Positions 1 through 12,899 of a stretch of DNA of 64,000 nt are shown here, in pieces. Position 1 is the first letter of the stretch; the number at the start of each line of letters is the position of its first letter. The position numbers and the translations under genes are program-made. The notes under the pieces are model-generated. The model saw only the letters and a list, made by a program, of their open reading frames with translations. It was not told where the DNA came from and ran no database searches. Origin of the DNA: Atractiella rhizophila (taxonomy: Eukaryota); contig MU271323.1 of the NCBI GenBank assembly GCA_021432655.1, positions 4,851 to 68,850 of the forward strand, read 5' to 3'.

Positions 1-1740
1 GAACAAACTCAGGAAAATGGTACAAAGGGGGAAACATTTGATTCAACCATTGACCATACCTCGAGGTCCTTCTCGAACATCGGATGATTGGATGGAAGGT
101 CAGTGCACTCTTCTTAGTCTTCTCAAAACCACTTAGTCCTAGGCATGGATGTAGAGATCCGTCACATGTGGAAAGAGGAACAACTTCAGAAAGATCCCAG
201 AAGATTATTTATCCGAGATGTTCAACAAGACCCTGTTGATGGTTTCCGTTATTGTGTCTGCTTTACATCATTCCAAGCAGAAACACTTCTTCATGTTGAA
301 CTCCTGGCTATCGATGTTACCTTCGAAGGTGTGGAACGGAGTACAAATCTAAGAGAATGGGAAGTGGCAGGAATGTATCATGCATCCCGTTAGTTGTCTT
401 TCTATGCCCATATGGTTTTCATAAGCAATTCCATTAGGTCACACTCTAGGGCATGGTTTTTTGGACCGAGAACATTCAGAAGGATATCAAAGGGTTGCAA
501 CCTCATTTTTTCGGAGCATCGAAGCTGTCACAAAGAAGAAGATCCCTTGGCTCTGCTTCAACAAATTCCAGAACGGCCCTATCATCATCTGCGATTTACA
601 TCAGGGCCAAGCAAATGGGATGCTGGGGGATTACTTTCGACATCTTATCCTTGATCGGTATCCAACTGAACGCCTACCGGGCTGGAAGCTGACTCCATCT
701 TGGCCACCTTCTACAGCAGATACAATCTCTCATACATCCTTAACATGTGAGACTCATGTTAACCGGTAAGACTTCTCTATCTACCAGTATAGCCATATTC
801 TGATATCCATTTAGGAATCTCCAATCTATGGTTTCTTCACTCGCTACAGATCCTACTATTCAAGCGAATTTTCAAGTTCTTTACAATGATTCTCATCAGC
901 CTGATTTGAAGCGACGCCAATATCTTGTGTATGAGGATCTGATCAGCGCTGCTCCCATCAAGGCAAGGACTATAGGACAATTTATGAAACAGTTCATGAA
1001 TTGCTTCTCCGAATTAGATTTTCGTTTGTGGTATGTGGTTGCGCAAGAGCTAGCAGCTGACAACACCATTCTAAAAGGTTTATTTTATTCTGCTTTACTT
1101 TGTCAAGCTTACAAATAGAGTATATTTGCAGATTGGTTGACAAATAAGGATTCAATTGGCTGGTTCTGGACATCTTCAGTTCCAGCTTTATCTCCTATCC
1201 CTCGGAATATCTGGGATCAACTCGCACATTCATCAAATTTAGTTGAAGGAGCTCATGCCTATCAATATGCTCGGGTTGGGGTAGGATTACCACTGCCGCA
1301 GGCCATCATCAAGTATGTGATTTGATTCAAAGTGGTGACTTGTCAGTGATCAGACCATTAGACAGAGGAGTATAGATTTTCGAGATGCTGCAAATCTACA
1401 GTTGGCTGAGGCACAGTCAATCTCAATTCACGCACCCTCTCAGAACTCTTTTATGTCTAGAGCCGTAAATACTGATCAACGACAGCAACGAATTCGGCAA
1501 ACATGCAGTCAAAAGACAAAGAATCGATCTAGATCTCACTTCCCATCTTTGATTCATCAGAACGTCGCGACAGTTGTCGAATCACTGCAAAAAATAAAGA
1601 GAAATATTAACTCCCAATATCAAAACACAACTAAAAAGGCAAATGCGGATCTGAAGAGACAACTCAAGGATGATTTAGACTGTGCCACAAGACTCTGGAA
1701 CCAATGGACAGCTATTCAGCAGCAAATTGTTCCACTTTCG
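1..1740 (+). pseudogene. Mutator-like (MULE) DDE transposase, fragmented and intron-containing, running into an assembly gap
   Basis: Ordered motifs across frames: LLAIDVTF (first D), IIICDLHQGQA (second D), TCETHVNR (CxxH), SSNLVEGAH (catalytic E region). Contains in-frame stops and GT..AG intron-like segments. Confidence 0.6.
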
Positions 1741-2529
1741 NNNNNNNNNNNNNNNNNNNNNNNNNNNNNNNNNNNNNNNNNNNNNNNNNNNNNNNNNNNN
1801 NNNNNNNNNNNNNNNNNNNNNNNNNNNNNNNNNNNNNNNNNNNNNNNNNNNNNNNNNNNNNNNNNNNNNNNNNNNNNNNNNNNNNNNNNNNNNNNNNNNN
1901 NNNNNNNNNNNNNNNNNNNNNNNNNNNNNNNNNNNNNNNNNNNNNNNNNNNNNNNNNNNNNNNNNNNNNNNNNNNNNNNNNNNNNNNNNNNNNNNNNNNN
2001 NNNNNNNNNNNNNNNNNNNNNNNNNNNNNNNNNNNNNNNNNNNNNNNNNNNNNNNNNNNNNNNNNNNNNNNNNNNNNNNNNNNNNNNNNNNNNNNNNNNN
2101 NNNNNNNNNNNNNNNNNNNNNNNNNNNNNNNNNNNNNNNNNNNNNNNNNNNNNNNNNNNNNNNNNNNNNNNNNNNNNNNNNNNNNNNNNNNNNNNNNNNN
2201 NNNNNNNNNNNNNNNNNNNNNNNNNNNNNNNNNNNNNNNNNNNNNNNNNNNNNNNNNNNNNNNNNNNNNNNNNNNNNNNNNNNNNNNNNNNNNNNNNNNN
2301 NNNNNNNNNNNNNNNNNNNNNNNNNNNNNNNNNNNNNNNNNNNNNNNNNNNNNNNNNNNNNNNNNNNNNNNNNNNNNNNNNNNNNNNNNNNNNNNNNNNN
2401 NNNNNNNNNNNNNNNNNNNNNNNNNNNNNNNNNNNNNNNNNNNNNNNNNNNNNNNNNNNNNNNNNNNNNNNNNNNNNNNNNNNNNNNNNNNNNNNNNNNN
2501 NNNNNNNNNNNNNNNNNNNNNNNNNNNNN
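1741..2529. other. Assembly gap (789 N)
   Basis: Run of N. Confidence 1.
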
Positions 2530-3109
2530 CATCTCTGAATTCTCCAAACACACTCATCCAGTCAAACCCTCCATTCTATTACTTGCATCACAATGAGGTT
2601 GAATAGATGCATTGGCAATGATACCAAGGGAGAGTTGGGAGGAGCGGCGGGAAGGGAAGAAGGTTGAACCCATTGGATAGAGTTTTGAGGCGAGCCGGGC
2701 AAGTTCGTGATAATGAGAGTAAGTGGCAGGTGCTGTAACTTGGAACGAGGATTCAATGATTTGAATGAACGGTGTGAGATTTTGATAGAGCCGGTGCACA
2801 TAATTGAGGCTGCAACTTGATTAGGACGTAGGACGTAGAAAAGAATGAGGATCACTTACTTAATTGTGGATTTTCTGGTATCAGCAGAAACCAGCACCTC
2901 GTCACTTGGATGAGCAAGAGCATTCCACAAGCCCGTGAATATTGCACCGACTGGTTGACCCTTCTCTTTCATATGCTCAACTTCCTTTTGATCCCATCGA
3001 GAATCTGAACTTTTTGGAGGAGTAACAGTTGTCAATGAAAGAAACTCGGAAACTGCATTGAAGGCATCTACAAAAGCTTTATTTGCAAATTGAGGACCAA
3101 AGGGAATAT

Positions 3110-3896
3110 NNNNNNNNNNNNNNNNNNNNNNNNNNNNNNNNNNNNNNNNNNNNNNNNNNNNNNNNNNNNNNNNNNNNNNNNNNNNNNNNNNNNNNNNNNN
3201 NNNNNNNNNNNNNNNNNNNNNNNNNNNNNNNNNNNNNNNNNNNNNNNNNNNNNNNNNNNNNNNNNNNNNNNNNNNNNNNNNNNNNNNNNNNNNNNNNNNN
3301 NNNNNNNNNNNNNNNNNNNNNNNNNNNNNNNNNNNNNNNNNNNNNNNNNNNNNNNNNNNNNNNNNNNNNNNNNNNNNNNNNNNNNNNNNNNNNNNNNNNN
3401 NNNNNNNNNNNNNNNNNNNNNNNNNNNNNNNNNNNNNNNNNNNNNNNNNNNNNNNNNNNNNNNNNNNNNNNNNNNNNNNNNNNNNNNNNNNNNNNNNNNN
3501 NNNNNNNNNNNNNNNNNNNNNNNNNNNNNNNNNNNNNNNNNNNNNNNNNNNNNNNNNNNNNNNNNNNNNNNNNNNNNNNNNNNNNNNNNNNNNNNNNNNN
3601 NNNNNNNNNNNNNNNNNNNNNNNNNNNNNNNNNNNNNNNNNNNNNNNNNNNNNNNNNNNNNNNNNNNNNNNNNNNNNNNNNNNNNNNNNNNNNNNNNNNN
3701 NNNNNNNNNNNNNNNNNNNNNNNNNNNNNNNNNNNNNNNNNNNNNNNNNNNNNNNNNNNNNNNNNNNNNNNNNNNNNNNNNNNNNNNNNNNNNNNNNNNN
3801 NNNNNNNNNNNNNNNNNNNNNNNNNNNNNNNNNNNNNNNNNNNNNNNNNNNNNNNNNNNNNNNNNNNNNNNNNNNNNNNNNNNNNNNNNNNNNNNN
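3110..3896. other. Assembly gap (787 N)
   Basis: Run of N. Confidence 1.
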
Positions 3897-4269
3897 AATG
3901 ACCGGAGTCGTTTGTGATTGCAAAGTGGAGGGCTGTGGGTGAGAGGAGAGGTGGTGTGAGCTGGAATTGACGCTGTCGAAGCTCGGTTGAAGAGGAAATG
4001 GAGGGAAGAATCAAGGAGAGAACACTTGGTTCTTAGATGCAGAAGCGCGAAGCCTCTGCCTTCCGCTTCCACCACATTACAGTTGACTCTCTGTGTCACC
4101 ACCCCTGGCCGCCCTGGGTTTCAAAACGTCAGGGCTATTCTTGGCAGCCAGTGGTGGCACAGGGCGCGGCATTTGGCTTGTTTCTATCTGTTCTGTGCAC
4201 CCTTCAGCGCAGCTTCGGGTGCTGCAACCATTGTATACCTTACAGAAAAGGTACATACTCATTACACGC

Positions 4270-5330
4270 GCAATGGGCATCTGCCATCTGTCTGGTTGAC
4301 CACTCGTTCAAACAGCCAAATCCTACCTTGCTCGCTGGTGTGCAAACAGTGGAGCGAGCTCTCCCTACCCTATGTCGATTGGTTACTTAGACTTTCTACT
4401 GCGAATATGGACGGGATTATTTCGTTCATACGCCAGTCGCCTCGCGTCGAGCCAACATTAAGCACCTGTTCGTTAACTTTCCAAAATTGTCGCAAGAATC
4501 GGAAGACGTAAATTGGGCGGCGCTTTGGGATGTTTTCAGCGAAGTCTTAAAGTCTGTAGGAGATCAGCTGCAAACTATGGATGTCATGCTGTGGTAGATG
4601 AAGCGTCCAGCACCAGAAGCTCGTATTCGATGGCCCTCGAATTTAAGTCGTCTTTGGGTATGAACGAGTAGCGCCATGACCGATCCAGTTCTTCAAAATT
4701 GGTTTACCGGTCTAGAAGAATGCAAATATTTGCGATACCTCCACTTGTGTAATATTTATACATCACTGTCCTCTCCAGCTCCGTTTACGCTCTATGAACT
4801 CATTATTAGCGCCATTCTGCCTTCAGACCTGGCTTTTTTCTCGGCATCAGCGAGGACTCTTAAGTCTCTTACAGCATTTCGATCTGCGAGCTTCGACGGC
4901 GAAACATATCTTCAATTCTGGCGTGCGTTCTTCTCGCTCCTCCACCTCATCAAAGACACTCTGGAAGAGCTGGACATGGATGGGCGTTCTGAAGATGCCT
5001 GGTTGCGTTATGTTGGAGAAGATCAACTTGTCGCTCCAATCTTACCACGATTAATGACCCTTAAAGTGTCCACAGACTTCTTGAGAAACCTGGTTGATTC
5101 TTTCCCAGACCTCCGCCTCTCATCGCATTTGGTGAGATTGAAGCTAAAAATGTCCCAATCACATCGACGACGCAGGAGACACAAGTTTGGGCTTGAGAGT
5201 TCCATGTAACTTGCAGCATTTGCAGAGATTGAAAATCCGTGGCAGTACGGAGGATTTATCGATTGGGATGGCGCAACTTGTATTCGATCCCACATTGCGT
5301 CCTCAGAGGCTCATGCGACTTGACACCAAC
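4270..5330 (+). pseudogene. F-box / leucine-rich-repeat-like protein remnant
   Basis: ILPCSLVCKQWSELSLPY resembles an F-box C-terminal half. It is followed by LxxLxL-type segments (LRYLHL, LKSLT, LEELDM, LMTLKV) broken by stops. Confidence 0.45.
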
Positions 5331-6179
5331 GTAACAACTTTCAAATCCTCATAGGAACTCAAATCTTTCCTGCAGATGACACAACCACGAATGTTCGGCA
5401 TCCTGTAGAGAAGTGTTTCGAGGTCTTGGACTTTCTCCTCACATCAGGTCACATGATCCCTGACATCCAAGAGATGTCCATCATGGGCAGAATCTCCAGT
5501 TCATATTTTAGTTCCTCATCATTCACAAAAGGTTCTTGCACTGCCAGAGACTTTCCCATCCTTCTTTGGCTAGGAAAAGTGGATACATCTCGTCCTGTGA
5601 TATTGCAGAAGATTCCATCGTCTGAAAGTGGAATGCGTTCACTTCGCCCACCCTGGATATTAACTGGTTCAAGACCTTTCACATCTCCTCCATCATTCCA
5701 GTCTCCCAAAGCCGGTGCTGACACCGCCTCCAAACCGACCACACTTATCAATTCGCCTGTATCCTACTTCCCCACCTTCTCTTCGAAGGAATCCGAGCCT
5801 CATCAAAGCGGTTTGGACAAATGGGAAATCGTCAGGCATCCTGGTTCCCTTTTATTCTATCGCCTGCAAACAACGGCGGCTCCTATTCTTTTTTCTCCCA
5901 AAGCAACCTCGCCGCAACTCCCGTCACCAGTCAAAACCAAACTCTCTCTCACACATCAGTCCTACTGTGACGACCACGCCACCAACAAAATCTCTCGATA
6001 TCTCAGTGCTCATACCCTCACTCGATGTTGACAGACCCCTTCAAAACCTACCAGCACTGACTCCTCCATGAAAGGAGGAGGATGAGAATGTGGATGAACG
6101 GGATGACAACTATTCCATGTACACAATAGAAGAAGTGACGGAGCCAACGACGTCAGGAGATTGTCCATGCTCACTATGG

Positions 6180-6290
6180 TCTATTCCTCTAAGATTCATC
6201 AGTTCTTGGCACGAGTCATAAAACACACTTTTGAGCGTTCATACCTCCCTCAGCAGGCAAGTAAAAATGAAATGAATTGCACCATCAGGG
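6180..6290 (+). mobile_element. Helitron 5'-terminal sequence, related to the element at 33478
   Basis: TCTATTCCTCTAAGATTCATCAGTTCTTGGCACGAGTCATAAAACACACTTTT is nearly identical to the start of the Helitron at 33478. Confidence 0.75.
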
Positions 6291-9200
6291 TGGGACATCT
6301 TCTTGGGAGTTGTCAGGTCTAGTGCAAGTGACGTCGAACGGGAGATGTGGTTTTCTCTAAGAACAGAGTGAGGCAAGAATGATCCTTTTGTCGATGTTTT
6401 GATATGTGGGTGGGAGTGATACTCATCCAGACTGTCACGATGATCCAGGCTAGGAAACAGATCAGGCGGAAGAAGGATCACCCAAGGAATTCTTACAAGA
6501 CCGTAGGACGGTAGGATGTTCTTGAGAAGGCTGACCTAACACTACCACGAAATGTAGGTATCCACTTACAGGGCCTTGTTGCCAACAATCTGATAGCTGA
6601 AATTCAAGGTTAAGTTCTCTCAATCTTTCGGGGAGAATTTGATTGTCATCAGGTTACGCTCCTTGCTGAGTTGCTTAAGGTCCAGCATCTACAAGTCCAA
6701 TGCTTTCCCATATAGTTTTTTCCTGAAACTTTTGAAGGATTGCCTCCTATTGTAAGTTTTCATTTCCACTATCCCAATCAACAATCAACATTGGTATCAA
6801 CTTGACAAATGCCTGCAATACCTCGGCATTCAAACTCTTTAACATTCATACAGCCAGTGACAAGAATGTGCCTTCCCTCAATAAGCCTGATTTCTTCGCT
6901 ATTGATAAGGGCTTTGTGGAGGGCATATCCTGTTGTGGTGAGTCTGTGGAAGGAAAGCCGCTAACAAAGCTCTGCTGGCTACATCCAGAAGTTGTGGAAA
7001 CTGAGAACCACCATCCTTTCAGTGGCGCGACACTAGAGCCAAGCCAGAAGCGCCAGGACACACTTAAATAGCTGGCACACTATCTCTCAAGATCCCTCAG
7101 AGCCAGCCTTACATGAGCACCGTTCTAATTTTCATCTTCAAAGTTTCAGCCAGACTGCTTTGATGGAGCCCAAAATCTGTCATCTACACCAATTTGTTCA
7201 ATTTCAAAAAAAAGGTGACATAGAACAATGTCTATAGTTTATCAAGGCCTTTGCTGCTTCGACTCGAGCAGATGAGATATCAACATACTCTTCAATTTAG
7301 TGTCACTAGCTGATTTCAGAGGTCAAAGAAATTTCAGGAGACAAGTGACAAAAATTGGAATGAACGGTTTTGACGATCCTACTAATAGTCATGGTTCAAG
7401 CATACTATCCAGTTCTGGTTGCTCTGACTGGAAGTGCATTTGAAGATGTGAGTCAAGGTCTGTATGAAATTCAAATGCATTTTGTCTTTCACCAACACTC
7501 TGGGCACTCAGGTGTCCTAACTGCTCCATGGTTGTGTTTGGTTTCTAGGCTCACAGTTTGAGGTTTGGCTTGTGAGGGTTCTGAGAGCCAACGAGAGTTT
7601 GTGAGCTGGAAAGGACCCCAAACAAGGTGGTAAGCAAGATGATAGGCTCACCTCAAGGCTCATCTCAAAAGCAGTTTCAAAAGTCATTACAGGAGGAGAA
7701 ACTAGCTGTTTTGTCCTGATGCTGTACCAACCACCACACCACATCAAGGACTAGCTTTAGCAACTGGTTTACTCTTTTCGGTTGACTAAATTCGTGTTCA
7801 TGGATGTCTGAGTTTTGGCAGTTCTTTGTGGCTTATGTTGTTTATCACAACTTGGGCCTTCATTCTGATGAGAGTCCTCAGGAGGTCAATTACCATCTGC
7901 CTGCCATCATTACAAATTCCACGCCTGCCTTCGTCTCTTGGAATTAGCTGTGGATGAAGCGTTTCATGGCTTTGTCAACTGAGGCATTGGGTGGGGTGTA
8001 TGTATCCTGTTCGGGTAGTTTGCAATGCTGACATTGACACCATTTTAGATACCATGCATGAAGTGTTGGAATTCATTTAAGAGATTGTACTTGATGTACG
8101 CTTGAATGCGTGCAAGGACTTGTTCTTTCGATGACATGAAGAGGACGGTTGTGCGCCGTGTGCAATCATCCGTAAATGAGATGTAATATCGAGATCCACC
8201 ACATGAGGGAACACGAGAAGGTCCCCATACCTCAGAATAGGTGAGTTCTCCCGGTGTTTCCGATCGTGTTGACGCTTCCTATAAGTGGGCTCCGTGTGCT
8301 TATTTAGCCTGGGTGCAGGCTTCACATTGGGAAGTTGAACTCGTTTCATCTACATTCAATTCCCTCAACTAATCCTTTCTTCTGCAGCTCTTTGAGCGTG
8401 TTCAGGTTGATGTGGCCAAATGTATGGTGCCTATCATCCTAGGTTTGCGCTTGCTTCCTTCCGCCGCCATCGCTTTCTCACCACTCTTTCCACAGTTTCT
8501 AGTACATTAAGTTTCCTCTTTTCTTTCCTTTTCCCAGCAGCCGATCACTCTTGTTGAACAGCTGCACCTTTCCACCTCCGAAGACTGCCTTGCCCCCAGC
8601 ATTGTTGAGCGGCTGATGGAGAGGAGATTGATGAGGGGTGTGTAGAGGGTTTCCTTAAGCGTCAGAATAATCGTCTGATCACCGGATTTTATAGGTAGTT
8701 GATATGTCCCTCACCTGTCGGCATCAATTGGGGTTTGGGAGAGACCATGGATCTTGAAATTGGACAGAGGTACGCAGGTTTCTTTAATGAAACCCGTTAA
8801 GTCGTTACTGGTATGTGAGGTTCCAGAATCCACGAGCCATGTGATCTTGCAGAGCGTCCTGTCGAAGTGCTCCTGCACATTGAATGCAGAATCGACGATG
8901 GCGTTGTCGACGTTGACCTCGGGGCTTCTGAGGCTTGGTAAGCCTTTCCTTTTTTCTTCTTCCGAATTCCTTGGTTTCTGACCTTCCATTCCTCCTGCTT
9001 TGGCCCAGCAGTCAATCGTCATGTGTCCTTTCTTGTGACAGTTGAGACACTCAATGTCAGGCCTGTCTCCTCCACCTCCCGCTTTCGGTTTCACCATCCT
9101 TTCCCTTTCACAAATAGCGCTGTTTCTCTAGTCCTTTCTCCGCCTTGCTTCTTCTTCGATTAATAACGCCGATAGTTCGTAGGACAAGAGAGTTGGTTTG

Positions 9201-9521
9201 TTGGAGTTGGCGCCAAAATATGCGGATGTGAAAGTGTCCCAAGATTCGGGGAATGGACGTGATCAGGAGGAATGTGAAATCCTCATCTTTGTTTGAGGGT
9301 ATCCCCCATCAAGGCAAGTTCTTCTTGAACTCCTCTGAATGCGGAGATGTGTTCTACCATGCTGAATCCTTCCTCAGCATACGAGCGATATAACCGCAAC
9401 CTTGCAGCTAGGCCTCTTTCACCGCCACATCTGTTTCCACATATCCGCCGTCTTTGCTCCCGCCAATGGATCAACTCGCTGTCCGAAATCGTCAGCAGCT
9501 CGATTATTGTTTGGGCATTTG

Positions 9522-9711
9522 TGTTGTTTTTCTCTGCTGCTTTGTTAACCTCAAACAAATGTATTACGTTTGGCTGAGCTCTTGCAAACGCATGAGCAGC
9601 AGAAACACAAGAACAGGTGTTTATATACATGAGAGCTTGTGGCAAATAGAAAGTTCCAGAATGTTCATGAAGAAAGTATTACTAACATTTTACTTTTACA
9701 CATCTCCAACA
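9522..9711. mobile_element. Solo LTR inserted into the Copia gag
   Basis: TGTTG...CAACA termini, 190 bp, with a 5-bp TSD ATTTG (9517-9521) / ATTCG (9712-9716). Removing it restores gag WDTKDSNAQTIIE. Confidence 0.85.
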
Positions 9712-10032
9712 ATTCGAGTCCTTGGTGTCCCATTCGTCTAGAGCGTCTCGATTCGCAATGGTGTCGTCTTCGCCATCTTCACGTGACGGCCTTTCTTCTT
9801 TCCAATGACATACTCTAACAAGTCGCCTTCTTGCAGGACGGCTGTGATGCGTCTCTTGTACACCACCCAGTTATTCGTCTTCAGCGGCTCGATCTTGAAT
9901 GCATTGAAGGACTCGGACATCGTTGTGTGGGGCTGCTATCAGGAATTGGATGCGTTGGTACATTGTCTCGTTGTGATGTGCTTGGCTGGTAGGGTGCTGT
10001 TTTATATCTATGAGCTTGTTGGGCTCATAACC

Positions 10033-10224
10033 TGTTGTTATTGCAGAATGTAATAATCATCATTTCGCTTTTCAGGCTTTATAATACTTGTGGATACATT
10101 GTTCTAGAATCTTCAAGAAAAGTAAGATCAGAAAAAAAGCGAGAGGCGACAACTTGTGGCAAAAGAGGAATGTTCTAGAATTGTGACTTAAATGAGATGG
10201 CAGGATGAATCATGAACGACAACA
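10033..10224 (-). repeat. 5' LTR of the Copia element
   Basis: TGTTGT...ACAACA termini, 192 bp, directly adjacent to the PBS. Confidence 0.8.
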
Positions 10225-11740
10225 GTAGGAATGCAGAATGGAGTTTACATACTAGAGTTCTTCATGCAGGTCCTCCTTCCGCTGAGATGCACTGTCTGTG
10301 AAGGTCAGCATAATCAACCATTCAAAGGATCCGCACGGGTCAAGATAGCGCAAAGCAATACAACTGAGAGCGCTCATATCATTCTCAAAAGCGTGCTCAG
10401 TAAAGCTGGCTGACGAAAGGAAAGCATTGGTTGGTTTGGGGCGAAGCTTAGGCGAAGGCTTCATGAAGCTCGGAGCTCGGCTGAATGACAAACCGACACC
10501 AAATTGCCCACGACCTTGGTACTCCCTTCCTGTCTCCCATATCTCAGTATATCTCCAACCAAAGCTCAATATTCTCTGGCAACGACTGTGTTAACACAAC
10601 TGGGCAAGAACTTCGACATTCAAGTCTTGGGTTATCTTGGAAGCAGGATTTTCGTTTGAGTTAGCCTGGACATAAGTGGGGCTTTGTGGGACATTGGGTA
10701 ATGCAGAACTGGTGGTAATGCTTTCTTTCGACTTATTCAGCAATACACTCGTGGTTCTTTCTTCTCCATACCTCCTGTCATGATCGTAGCCCTGCTCGCT
10801 CTTCTCCCAGCAACTTTCTCCCAATCATCACTTCCTCAAACCCTCAATCCAAACGCAAACACCGCAATCCAATCCCAAGCCGCTCGTCCATTGACAGTAT
10901 CCACGCCTCCTCTATCGCCTCTACACCTCGATATACTATCCTCCTTATCCTTCAATTCTCCTTTCGCAATCCCTCGTCTTCTGAACCGACGATACACAGT
11001 CTCTCTCCGCTAGTGCTAGTTCATATGCTCGATGGAGGTTTCCACACTCTAGAAAGGGATAGCAGGAGATGGGTGTGGAGCCTCAACTCTGAGGCAGACG
11101 ATGTGGAGATGACTGGGTTGAAGCAGCCCGTTGTGGGAGGGAGGAACTGGAGGAGTTTCTCGAATTCATCCTCCGTCAGAAAGACGAAGATGTCGCAGTT
11201 TTTCAACCTCTCAGCGTTCCGGAGTTACACAATGACACTGCTCCTCGGATGGATATTGATGTACGAGATGCAGAAGAACACATTTTTGAGCCATACGGCG
11301 ATGGAGACATTTACCTCCGTTCAGCAGGAACGCTTCAGCATCTACCTGTGCCGCTCAAGACAATTATCCAACTAACCGTTCAGGTTTCCGGAGATGAGAT
11401 CTCGCATGTTTGTGGTACGCAAGGAGAGTCGGATACTTCGAGTTGATATAGCCAGTGGAACGGTTCTGGGAAACTATGGTGGGAGTGGAGGACAGTGCCT
11501 TTGGCATTCTAAACCCTTTGTAATTTTTACATCTTCTAGTAATTGTAACATAAGTGTGAGCGAGATTGTAAAACATGCAATGATGAGGGTGGTTTGTAGG
11601 AACATTTTTTCAGGTGAAGCATATGGAGCTAGAGCACCTCTGTGGGAGTGATATATCATTCATATGGAAATTGCATGTATATATGAACTTTGTCGCCACA
11701 TCCTCATTAGCCACCGTTGGTGATGAGCAAGAGATTAGAA

Positions 11741-12117
11741 TGTTTGGAGCAAAATTGCGCTGTCCACACCCCCTCTACACCAGTGTCGATAACCTATCGA
11801 CTGGGGACGTTTTGAGCGAAATTGCACTTTCTACACGCCCTCTAACTCTACACCAGTGTCGATAACCTATCGACTGGGGACGTTTTGAGCGAAATTGCAC
11901 TTTCTACACGCCCTCTATACCTGTGTCGATAACCTATCGACTAGGGACGTTTCCAACAAAATTGCCCTGGAGTGACCCACTCTACACCAGTGTCGATAAC
12001 CTATCGACTGGGGACGTTTTGAGCGAAATTACACTTTCCACACCCCCTCTACGGCTGTGTCGATAACCTATCGACTGGGGATGTTTTCAACAAAATTGCC
12101 CTGCAGTGACCCCCTCT
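11741..12117. repeat. Tandem array of about 67-bp units with palindromic core GTCGATA-ACC-TATCGAC (5 cores)
   Basis: Units start at about 11781, 11854, 11921, 11988 and 12055 (periods 73, 67, 67, 67). Two recurring linker variants occur. Confidence 0.95.
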
Positions 12118-12899
12118 GCTTACAGAGGTTTTGGTTGCAACAACCCTTTCTTTGCCATTTAAACCCATTTTCTTCAATGTTTCTGATGCCTCTCTACATC
12201 CTCCATATGTTATCAATGTGCAGTATTCTTCTCAACAACCCTAAATCCCATTCTAACACCATGCTGTTACTTCCCTTTCTGATGTCTGGTGCAAAAGCCC
12301 ATTCCTACGTGCTTACCACACATCAGGCTTACCGCACCTCAGGCTGGCCACACATCCGGCTTACCATACATCTGGCTCCTAAGCTTTGCATCTATTTGTT
12401 GTTGTCCTACGTGCCCAAATCTGTGGTAACAGGGCACATTGTGTCGAATAGATTGATCGCTCTTAGAACCGATCATCCCTACATGACTTGCATTACAACC
12501 TTGATCCCCAAAAAGTTATAAAAGACCATGTTGCCTGAACTTGTTCCCGAGACAGATTGTCACCCAAAGCGTTTTTCCAGAACACATCAAACACCCCAGC
12601 CTTAAACACCCCCCAATAACATATCAAATCTAAAAAAAACAATCGAAATGGCTTTAGTTACAGCTGCATTTACTTCTCACTCTGGTTCATTCGGACTCGG
12701 ATTGGCTTTCAGTCCCCAATTGGTCACAAGATCAACTCCTGCCCCAAGGTAGATGTGGCGAGACCTATCATCAAGTTTGTGCCCATCCATGTGAACAATA
12801 TAGACCCATCCAGTGGACCAGTTAAAAGTAGAACTCCTAGCCCTATAATGCCTCAGTGATCATCATGCTAACTCAGATATAGGACAAGCTCAGTCTGGC

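Larger units (their letters stand above)
8285..10224 (-). mobile_element. Ty1/Copia LTR retrotransposon, 5' half, decayed (LTR, PBS, gag, protease, pre-integrase)
   Basis: gag start MSESFNAFKIEPLKTNNWVVYKRRI at 9920; zinc knuckle CLNCHKKGHMTIDC; protease WLVDSGTSH; pre-integrase HHTFGHINL and CEACTQAK. PBS-like GGTTATGAGCCC at 10021-10032 abuts the LTR. Confidence 0.9.

Noticed and set aside
1402..4102. Long ORFs of 270-380 aa in the ORF track
   Set aside because: They are artefacts of translating through N gaps.
6540..6554. CACTACCACGAAATG as the left TIR partner of the CACTA end at 49061
   Set aside because: The match is short and gapped, it lies 42 kb away, and the flanking 3-mers (TAA vs CCT) give no TSD.
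11741..12117. CRISPR array
   Set aside because: The linkers between palindromic cores are themselves repeated (two variants), there are no cas genes and the context is eukaryotic.
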